A stretch of DNA of 34,766 nt from an uncultured Bacteriovoracaceae bacterium (GTDB lineage: Bacteria; Bdellovibrionota; UBA1018), in NCBI GenBank assembly GCA_964372615.1, contig CAYJTX010000003.1, positions 1 to 34,766 on the forward strand, given 5' to 3'. A model generated the notes under the pieces. It saw nothing but the letters and a program-made list of their open reading frames with translations, was not told the origin of the DNA and searched no databases. The position numbers and the translations under genes are program-made. Below, piece after piece: positions 17,630-24,172 of the stretch; the first letter of the stretch is position 1, and each line of letters begins with the position of its first letter.

Positions 17630-17656
17630 CTATCGGCGCACCCTGTCAATACTTGA
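17630..17656 (-). promoter_or_regulatory. Candidate sigma28 (FliA) promoter for flagellin gene 1
   Basis: The minus strand reads TCAAGTAT-N11-GCCGATAG, versus the enterobacterial consensus TAAAGTTT-N11-GCCGATAA. It lies about 320 nt upstream of the flagellin ATG. Confidence 0.6.
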
Positions 17657-17669
17657 GTCAGTGACTCAA
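17653..17669. promoter_or_regulatory. Perfect 17-bp palindrome overlapping the -35 element (possible operator)
   Basis: TTGAGTCA-G-TGACTCAA, read directly from the sequence. One arm contains the TCAA of the candidate -35. Confidence 0.4.
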
Positions 17670-17802
17670 CTTTAACAATCCGCCGAAAGAGGATCTGCCA
17701 GGCCGTACCGCCGGCCAAGGCTTTCAGAATCAGAATTTCGCGCGCGCTCCGAGCGGAATCGCGCACCGTGGACGACTCGCGGTCGACACCACTTCAAACT
17801 TT

Positions 17803-17837
17803 CCCCAGGGGCGGGGAGTCGGACCCCGCCCCTGGGG
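17803..17837 (-). terminator. GC-rich terminator-like hairpin downstream of flagellin gene 2
   Basis: CCCCAGGGGCGGGG (17803-17816), 7-nt loop, CCCCGCCCCTGGGG (17824-17837), 23 nt after the stop. The trailing U-tract on the minus strand is weak (AAAGUUUG). Confidence 0.6.
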
Positions 17838-17859
17838 TGGTGTTTGAAATACGTCTAGA

Positions 17860-18693
17860 TCAACTCAGCAGCTTCAATGCCAGCAAGTTGTTCTGGTTTG
17901 CTTGACTGAGGACCGCGACACCGGCTGTCGAAAGAATGTTCGTCTTCGTCAGCTCGGCTGTTTCGGAGGCCATATCCACGTCGTAGATACGGCTTCGAGC
18001 ACTCGACAGGTTCTCATCGTAAACCTGCATGTTGCTGATGCTCGACTGCAGACGGTTCTGCAGCGCTCCGAGCTCCGCTCGGTTCTCAATGACAGTTCGA
18101 CGCGCGCCGTCGATCACCTCGAGGTTGTTCTGCGCGCTCGCCTTGTCGATGACGGAGATGTTCTCGACGCCCAGTCGCCCGGTCGTCACGTTCGTCTTCG
18201 CCACGTCGAAGTAGAAGCGGTCTCGAGTCGGGTCGTTATTGAGGCCGACCTGGAACTCAAGCGCGTCGCCTTCGCCCTGGAGCAGAAGGCGGCCGTTGTA
18301 TTCGGTCGCGGCCGCGATCCTGTCGATCTCCTGACGAAGCTGCTGCACTTCCTTGTCGATGAAGCCGCGCTCGACATCGCCGATCGTGTCGCTGGCGGCC
18401 TGAATCGACAGCTCCCGGAAGCGAACCAGAATGTTCGAGACCTCCGTCATACCGCCCTCAGCCGTCTGGATCATCGAGATGCCATCGCTGGCGTTCCGAA
18501 TATCCTGCCGGACGGAGCGGATCTGCGCCCTCATCGTCTCTGAAATCGCGAGACCCGCGGCGTCATCCGCCGCGCGGCTAATTCGCGATCCAGAGGCCAG
18601 TTTCTCGAGCGAGGACTTCTGCATCTGGTTATTGATGCCGAGGTTCCTCTGCGCTGCGAGAGACTGGACGTTGGTATTCACCCTCAGTCCCAT
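17860..18693 (-). CDS. fliC: Flagellin paralog (short, ~277 aa)
   Basis: The start is set to 'MGLRVNTNVQSLAAQRNL' (ATG at 18693 preceded by GGAGGTG). Also 'KLASGSRISRAADDAAGLAISE', 'NASDGISMIQTAEGGM', and C-terminal 'RIYDVDMASETAELTKTNILSTAGVAVLSQANQNNLLALKLLS'. Confidence 0.93.
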   Translation of the reverse strand: MGLRVNTNVQSLAAQRNLGINNQMQKSSLEKLASGSRISRAADDAAGLAISETMRAQIRSVRQDIRNASDGISMIQTAEGGMTEVSNILVRFRELSIQAASDTIGDVERGFIDKEVQQLRQEIDRIAAATEYNGRLLLQGEGDALEFQVGLNNDPTRDRFYFDVAKTNVTTGRLGVENISVIDKASAQNNLEVIDGARRTVIENRAELGALQNRLQSSISNMQVYDENLSSARSRIYDVDMASETAELTKTNILSTAGVAVLSQANQNNLLALKLLS

Positions 18694-18890
18694 ACACACC
18701 TCCACCATTCCGGCCGCGCCCGAACGGGCGAAGCCGGCGGACTCGCTCCCCGAGCGCGCGGACAAACACCTGGTCCGCGTCCCTGAAAGGACTCCAATCT
18801 GCTATTCAGTTGGCAGGAATTTGCTGTACCCCTGCCCGAAAACCCCCAACCCCGGCCCATTCCGGAGTCAAGGGATCATCGATACAGACT

Positions 18891-18917
18891 GTTTCGGTCG
18901 GATAATCCTGAACTTTA
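18891..18917 (-). promoter_or_regulatory. Candidate sigma28 promoter for flagellin gene 2
   Basis: The minus strand reads TAAAGTTC-N11-ACCGAAAC. The TAA of the -35 element is the stop codon of the upstream meaB-like gene. Confidence 0.5.
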
Positions 18918-19844
18918 GACTTTTTTAGTCAGGTACTTTTCGAGCCTCTCGGCGCCCTGATAGGGGTCCGCGACGCGATCGACGACATTCTGCAAAATCT
19001 CAGTCCCTGCCTGCTCTTGAAATACTGCGTCAACACCCCAGCACAGGCGCTCGACGAGAATATCCGTGAGCTCGTCCTTCACAAAACTTCGCGCTTTCTC
19101 AAGGCGCCTGCCTGAGCTCGAGAGCCATTCCTGGTGCGAATCGATCGCCGCCACAAGCTCGAGCACGCCGCTCTCGGCCAGGTCGCGGATGGCCTCCGTC
19201 TTCACCACCGGCATCCGCCAGCCACCCGGCTCGGACATGCCAACCACCGTCACGAGCTCGCGGACAAGCTTGTCCGCCTCGGGGCGATCGCTCTTGTTGA
19301 CGGCGAAGACGTCGGCGATTTCCATGAGCCCCGCCTTCATCACCTGAATCGAGTCGCCGCTCTCCGGGACCAGCACCACGACCACCGTCTGAGCCAGCTT
19401 GAGAATGTCGAGCTCGGTCTGGCCGACTCCCGCAGTCTCGACGAGAATGACGTCGAAACCCGCCGAGTCCAGCACGAGCACGACCTCCTTCGTCGCATGC
19501 GAAAGGCCGCCATGCTTTCCGCGCGTTCCGAGCGAGCGGATGTAGACCCCGGGGTCGCCCGAATGCTGCTGCATGCGGATGCGATCTCCGAGAATCGCCC
19601 CCCCCGAAAAAGGACTGGTCGGGTCGACCGCGACAATGCCCACGCACTTCCGTCGCGACCTGAGATTGGCCGCCAAGCCATCGACGAGCGTCGACTTCCC
19701 GGCGCCGGGGGGGCCGGTCACGCCCCAGACCTGGGCCCTGCCGGTGAGCGGGTAGAGCCGGCTCATGATGGCGGCGACGTCGGATTCCCGGTTCTCTACC
19801 TTGGAAATGACTCGCGCCAGGGCGAGTCGTTCGCCCGCGAGCAT
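18915..19844 (-). CDS. meaB: MeaB/ArgK-type G3E-family GTPase (methylmalonyl-CoA mutase-associated metallochaperone family)
   Basis: Only the C-terminal 310 aa of the 674-aa track ORF look real: 'GVTGPPGAGKSTLV' (P-loop), 'DPTSPFSGGAILGDRIRM', 'VLVETAGVGQTE', 'FAVNKSD' (NKxD). The N-terminal 365 aa are antisense to the M48 gene. Start chosen at the ATG at 19844 (MLAGERLALARVISKVE). The exact start is uncertain. Confidence 0.85.
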   Translation of the reverse strand: MLAGERLALARVISKVENRESDVAAIMSRLYPLTGRAQVWGVTGPPGAGKSTLVDGLAANLRSRRKCVGIVAVDPTSPFSGGAILGDRIRMQQHSGDPGVYIRSLGTRGKHGGLSHATKEVVLVLDSAGFDVILVETAGVGQTELDILKLAQTVVVVLVPESGDSIQVMKAGLMEIADVFAVNKSDRPEADKLVRELVTVVGMSEPGGWRMPVVKTEAIRDLAESGVLELVAAIDSHQEWLSSSGRRLEKARSFVKDELTDILVERLCWGVDAVFQEQAGTEILQNVVDRVADPYQGAERLEKYLTKKV

Positions 19845-19946
19845 TCGTTCGATCCAGGACTGTGTATCCTTCTTGCCCGGCAAGCCCAGCCAGCTTATCG
19901 CTTTTTGCCCATCGATCCAAGGCCGTGGACCGCCGATGAGCAGTTC

Positions 19947-21218
19947 ATGGTAGCCGCCGAGGGCGTACCTCCTAATCTGGTGGCCGGGCTCGCGATTCTC
20001 ATGGCCATTCCGGTGGTCGCGATGGCCCTCTGGGCGGACTACTACGGGCGCCACCTCGACGAAGTACATCGCAGCCCGCGCCTCAACCGACTTCTGGAGG
20101 TGCGCCGGATCCGCGTCTCCTCCACGCTCTTCATGATCGCCGAGCTCGTCATCTACCTCGTGGGTTACCCGGTCCGTGCGGCGAACCGCCTCGCGTTCCT
20201 CGCAGCTCTTCTCGTCGCGATCGTGGCGATCGCGCAGATCCAGTTCGGGCTCGAGCGCCGGATGCGCGACCTCGCGGGGAGTAGCCTCGAGTATCTCTAC
20301 TCTTCGCTCCTGTCGCTCGCCTCCCTGGCGGTATCCGTCGGTATCTACCTGCTCGCCGTTTTCGGCGCGCAAGCCTGGGCGCTCTGGGTAGCCCGCGCCT
20401 TCGACCTCGGCACGAACGCGACCGGCTTCTGCGCGGCCCTGGGCGCGCTGGTCGGAGTCGGACTCGGAGTCACGCTGGTTTTCGCCCTCTCTCCCCTGCT
20501 CGTGCGGCTCGCGTTCCGGGGCGCTCCGGTCTCCGATCCGGAGAAGGTGCAGCGCGCGAACGCCTGTCTCGTTCGCGCGGGAATCTCCCACGCGCGGGTC
20601 TGGATCCTGCCGCTCGACCGGTTGGGCTACCACAACGCCCTGGTGACGGGCCTGCTCTCGGCTCGGGGCTTTCTCAGACCGGCGATGTTTCTCTCGCAAT
20701 CGCTCTTTGACGCCCTCGACCCAAAGGAGTTCGACGCCGTCCTGCTTCACGAGGCGAGTCACCTTCGCCTCGGTCACCTCATGCGAAGAGGCGCCCGAGC
20801 GCTCGTGATCGCGGCACTGATCTTCGTGACCGGAATCGCCTTCTTCGTGGTCACCCAGAGCGAGGTCGCCCGGATCGTCTTCCCCATCTGCGCCATCATC
20901 CTCCCGATCCTCGGGATCCGACGCCAGGTCCGCGAACACGAGCTCGAGGCGGATGAGTACGCCGTGGCCGAGCTCGGGGCCTCCCTGGAAGGCCTTGCAG
21001 GCGCGCTCCGCAAGATCGACGGCCTCAACGATCAGCTATCCGGAGAGAAGAACCCGCAGAGCTACCTCTGCCCCACCGCAGGCCATCCGGCGACGGAAGC
21101 GCGGATCGCGATCCTGCGCTCGAGGCTCGAGCGCCGGATGGCGGCCGCCGCGTCTTCCGCGCCTGCAGCAGCGCCGGTCGCGCCGTCCGATGAAGACTCC
21201 ACAAAAAAGGCAGCCTGA
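19947..21218 (+). CDS. M48-family (HtpX/Ste24-like) integral-membrane zinc metallopeptidase
   Basis: The real part of the 19134..21218 ORF begins near the ATG at 19947. It has several N-terminal hydrophobic helices, 'AVLLHEASHLRLGH' (HExxH), 'HELEADEYA' (third ligand Glu) and 'AGHPATEARIAIL'. The upstream 271 aa are antisense to meaB. Confidence 0.85.
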   Translation: MVAAEGVPPNLVAGLAILMAIPVVAMALWADYYGRHLDEVHRSPRLNRLLEVRRIRVSSTLFMIAELVIYLVGYPVRAANRLAFLAALLVAIVAIAQIQFGLERRMRDLAGSSLEYLYSSLLSLASLAVSVGIYLLAVFGAQAWALWVARAFDLGTNATGFCAALGALVGVGLGVTLVFALSPLLVRLAFRGAPVSDPEKVQRANACLVRAGISHARVWILPLDRLGYHNALVTGLLSARGFLRPAMFLSQSLFDALDPKEFDAVLLHEASHLRLGHLMRRGARALVIAALIFVTGIAFFVVTQSEVARIVFPICAIILPILGIRRQVREHELEADEYAVAELGASLEGLAGALRKIDGLNDQLSGEKNPQSYLCPTAGHPATEARIAILRSRLERRMAAAASSAPAAAPVAPSDEDSTKKAA

Positions 21219-21239
21219 CCTGTCCTGAGCAGGTGCGAG

Positions 21240-22142
21240 CTACTGCGAGACACTGACGTTGTCGCCCGAGAACACCGCCTCAACTTTCCCGTCGGAAGGG
21301 ACCGACGGACCGGCGCTCGCCGCGGGCGCGGTCGGCGGCGGTGGCTCTGCGGCGGGAAAGGTCCCGACCGGGTGCTGGGGGGCTGTGGACTCGGTCGCCG
21401 GCGCCCGCGCCGCTGGATCGGGATAGGTGGCCACCGGAGTCGGGCTCGGGGCGACCGAAGGAAGGGGCGGGGCCGGCTTCACGAGCCCGTACTTCTCGAG
21501 CACGCCGTTGGCGGTCTCGCCCCGGCCACGTTCCAGCCCGAAAGGGTTCGCCGCGGCGGTCAGCTCCGAAGTGGCGCGCGCGCCCAGCTCCACTCGCCGG
21601 TAGAACACGAACTCGCTCGCCCGGCGGTAGCGGGAGACAGCCCATCTCAGGTATCGCGAGTCGTTGTACTCGAGGAGGAAGGCTCGCGCGATCGGCGCCA
21701 CGAAAAGGTAGGTCTCAAGAACCGTTTTCTGGCGCGCGTCCAGGTAGGACGTCTCGTCGATCGCCCGCTCCATGTTGGCGAGCTGGGCGTAAAAGCACCA
21801 GTGGTACTTGACCGGCTCCGCGCGCACCAGCTCCCGAGCGCCCTGCGCATGCTCTGCCCGGCTGACCGTGAGACTTCGAAGCTTCTTGAATTCCGCGTCA
21901 CAGGTCCTGAGCTCCCCGGGCGCCGGGGCTTCAGGCTCCGTGAAGATCGCGAGCAAATCGCCGACGTCGAGGCCTTCTGGATGGGGCACCCGAACGTATC
22001 CGGGCGGCACAGGAGGAACGGGTGAGAGCGGCTCGACTTTTACAGACGAGCAGCCACCGCCTGGGCCCCAGAGGATCGCGGCGCAGATCAGCGCGACTCC
22101 CGAACGATTGCACGCAAGCCTGACGGCTGGACGAATCCCCAC
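21240..22142 (-). CDS. Hypothetical secreted protein or lipoprotein with a Pro-rich C-terminus
   Basis: I prefer the GTG at 22142 (after GAGAGGAAA), which gives 'VGIRPAVRLACNRSGVALICAAILWGPGGGCSS', a signal peptide with a weak lipobox. The track start at 22223 would overlap the neighbouring promoter region. No family motif recognised. Confidence 0.55.
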   Translation of the reverse strand: MGIRPAVRLACNRSGVALICAAILWGPGGGCSSVKVEPLSPVPPVPPGYVRVPHPEGLDVGDLLAIFTEPEAPAPGELRTCDAEFKKLRSLTVSRAEHAQGARELVRAEPVKYHWCFYAQLANMERAIDETSYLDARQKTVLETYLFVAPIARAFLLEYNDSRYLRWAVSRYRRASEFVFYRRVELGARATSELTAAANPFGLERGRGETANGVLEKYGLVKPAPPLPSVAPSPTPVATYPDPAARAPATESTAPQHPVGTFPAAEPPPPTAPAASAGPSVPSDGKVEAVFSGDNVSVSQ

Positions 22143-22222
22143 GCTTTCCTCTCGGTAAAGATCGCCCAGCGCCTGAGGTTTGACAGGGAATCCCACCGGG
22201 TCAGACGAGACACGCCCCGCCA

Positions 22223-22249
22223 TAAAGAAGCCCTGCGGCGCTCCGAAAA
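22223..22249 (+). promoter_or_regulatory. Candidate sigma28-type promoter of the MotAB/FliG-like operon
   Basis: TAAAGAAG-N11-TCCGAAAA. Compare the flagellin-2 candidate TAAAGTTC-N11-ACCGAAAC. It lies about 6 nt upstream of the SD GAGAGGAAGGAG and 24 nt upstream of the GTG at 22273. Confidence 0.45.
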
Positions 22250-22272
22250 GCCAAGAGAGGAAGGAGCCTCAG

Positions 22273-23394
22273 GTGCGTCGACACTATGTCACCGTCGGAG
22301 TTGTCGTGCTGGCAGCATCGGCGCTGAACGTGAGCGCCGCTCGGGCCGAGCCTCCACAAGCTCCCGCCGAAAGCGCGGTGACTTACGGGAGCGGAACGAA
22401 CGAGAGGAATTTCTACCAGGTGCTGGAAGACTTGCTGGGAGACTTTGAATACGACCTCAAGAACGGCCAGGTGCAGGGTCTGAAGGACCTCGCGATCCGG
22501 AACATCGCCACCAGCGAGAACATTCCTCCGTCTTTCAAGAATCACCTGGAGCTTGTCGTCACCGAGCGGATCCTCAAGAACACAAAGACCCGAGTGATCC
22601 AGTGCCTTCCCTGCAAGGCGAAGAGGACGACGGTCAACGGCGATGAGGTCATCATCACGTCGGCCGAGACCAACCCCGCCGAGCTCTCCCGAATCGCGAA
22701 GCTCGCCGGAATCGCCGACTTCATGGACATCGCCTTCGCCTACCAGCCCAACGGGATGGTGATGTCGATGACCATCGTCGAACCCGATGGCGGGGGAATC
22801 ATCTGGTCGAGAAGCTACAACTCAGAGACTTCGCGCGCCTCGGCCTTCCGCAGAGGAGTCGACTACAGCCAGACCGACGAGGCCCGTCGCGCGACCGAGT
22901 ACTACCCGACCGTCGCCCATCGCCTCGCGATTTATTACCTGTTCGAGAGGAATACGAGCGGCACCACCGGTTGCCTGGGAATCGGCTACCGCCTGGTCGA
23001 GCGCTACGACAACCGCAAGAAGGAAGTGGGATTCGAGGTAGACTACCTCAAGGACTCGTCCACGCTCGTGAACAGCTCAGCGTCGACCATCGGAAACCTC
23101 TACAGCGGCTTCAATTTGACGCTGCTGTTCTTTCACTCCTGGAACCTCATCGGCGACGAAGAGAACTTCAACCGAGTCCGCGGAAACATCTTCGCGGCGA
23201 TCGGAGGCACCTACGCCTCCGGCTTTCTCGGAGGCCTGATCCGCAGCGGCTACGAGTGGAGACTCGCGCGCCACTGGGCGGTCAGCGGCGTTCTTGGCTT
23301 CCGGCCCAAGGCGACCGCGTTCATCGGGGCGTCTTCAACCGAAGCGTCCGTATCTGGGCCAGAGTTCGGAGTGGGGATCAACTATCTCTTTTAA
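22273..23394 (+). CDS. Outer-membrane protein: N-terminal periplasmic alpha/beta module plus C-terminal beta-barrel
   Basis: GTG start after GGAAGGAG. Signal peptide 'VRRHYVTVGVVVLAASALNVSAARA'. The C-terminal half has alternating hydrophobic/aromatic beta-strand patterning and ends in '...GVGINYLF' (terminal Phe, the OMP signature). The N-terminal 'LKDLAIRNIATSENIPPSFKNHLELVVTERILKNTKTRVIQC' resembles the CsgG/LpoB/FlgO-like module pattern (low confidence). Confidence 0.7.
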   Translation: MRRHYVTVGVVVLAASALNVSAARAEPPQAPAESAVTYGSGTNERNFYQVLEDLLGDFEYDLKNGQVQGLKDLAIRNIATSENIPPSFKNHLELVVTERILKNTKTRVIQCLPCKAKRTTVNGDEVIITSAETNPAELSRIAKLAGIADFMDIAFAYQPNGMVMSMTIVEPDGGGIIWSRSYNSETSRASAFRRGVDYSQTDEARRATEYYPTVAHRLAIYYLFERNTSGTTGCLGIGYRLVERYDNRKKEVGFEVDYLKDSSTLVNSSASTIGNLYSGFNLTLLFFHSWNLIGDEENFNRVRGNIFAAIGGTYASGFLGGLIRSGYEWRLARHWAVSGVLGFRPKATAFIGASSTEASVSGPEFGVGINYLF

Positions 23395-23398
23395 ACAT

Positions 23399-24172
23399 AT
23401 GGAATGGCGCCAAGATCACAGGTGGCAGTCGATCGCGGGAATCCTGGGGATGATCCTCGTCTCCGCTCCCGGCTGCGCGACCGTGAAGGGCGTCTTCGGA
23501 CTCGATCACCCGCCCGTGGCTCCGCCTCCCATTTCCAACCCTTTCGGGCATTATTCTCCGAGCCGCGCCGGCGGGCAGGACACCATCGTCCTGCGCACCA
23601 AGAAGGGCGACCGGGCCGTCGAGGTCGAGCTCCCCGGCCAGAACGGCGCGATGACTGACTTCGTCCTCCCGCTCTCGCCCGCCTTTCGCGACCCATCCCG
23701 GGACCCCGCCTCCGCTGTCGGAGAGATCGACGAGCGGTACCGCGGAAAGCGCCCGGGGATGACCGATCGGGAGATCACGCGCACGATTCCCCATAATCTT
23801 CCCGAGGATGAGGGAAATCGCCGCGAAGTCGAGACTGCTCTCGGACTTGTTCCATCCGAGGACGACCGGCCCGAGAACGAAGCGAGCTACCTCGGAGAGC
23901 TCGATCACGTGAAGCAGCTCTACCGCGCCGCTCGCTACGAGGCCGCCCTCATGGAAATGGACGAGCTGATCCGCGCCTACCCCACGGATCCGAAGCTCCA
24001 CCAGATGCGGGGAACGCTCCTCGACCGACTCGGCCGGACCGATCTCGCCCTGAAGTCCTGGAACCAGGCTCTGCGCTTCGAACCTGCGAACATCTCCCTG
24101 AGACGGTTCGTGGAGCGCAAACAGGCCCAAAGGTCGATCGCTTCTCAACCCGGGTCGGGAGGGGCTCCCTGA
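23399..24172 (+). CDS. Lipoprotein with C-terminal TPR repeats
   Basis: ATG at 23399, 4 nt after the previous stop. 'IAGILGMILVSAPGCATV' is a lipobox. The C-terminal 'YLGELDHVKQLYRAARYEAALMEMDELIRAYPTDPKLHQMRGTLLDRLGRTDLALKSWNQALRFEP' forms about 2 TPRs. The TGA overlaps the next ATG (TGATG). Confidence 0.72.
   Translation: MEWRQDHRWQSIAGILGMILVSAPGCATVKGVFGLDHPPVAPPPISNPFGHYSPSRAGGQDTIVLRTKKGDRAVEVELPGQNGAMTDFVLPLSPAFRDPSRDPASAVGEIDERYRGKRPGMTDREITRTIPHNLPEDEGNRREVETALGLVPSEDDRPENEASYLGELDHVKQLYRAARYEAALMEMDELIRAYPTDPKLHQMRGTLLDRLGRTDLALKSWNQALRFEPANISLRRFVERKQAQRSIASQPGSGGAP

Noticed and set aside
17548-17766. 72-aa minus-strand ORF spanning the flagellin-1 promoter region
   Set aside because: It has no SD, crosses the candidate promoter and palindrome, and its composition is unremarkable. 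It is most likely non-coding leader or intergenic sequence.
18811-18825. Sigma54-like element TGGCAGGAATTTGCT on the + strand
   Set aside because: The GG-to-GC spacing is one nucleotide short of the -24/-12 consensus. No + strand gene lies downstream, since the region is the leader of the minus-strand flagellin followed by meaB on the minus strand.
19845-20939. N-terminal 365 aa of the 674-aa minus ORF, and N-terminal 271 aa of the 694-aa plus ORF (19134..19946)
   Set aside because: Each is antisense to the motif-bearing part of the other gene (the MeaB P-loop/NKxD motifs and the M48 HExxH motif). They are charged, Arg/Asp/Glu/Gly-rich and lack motifs.
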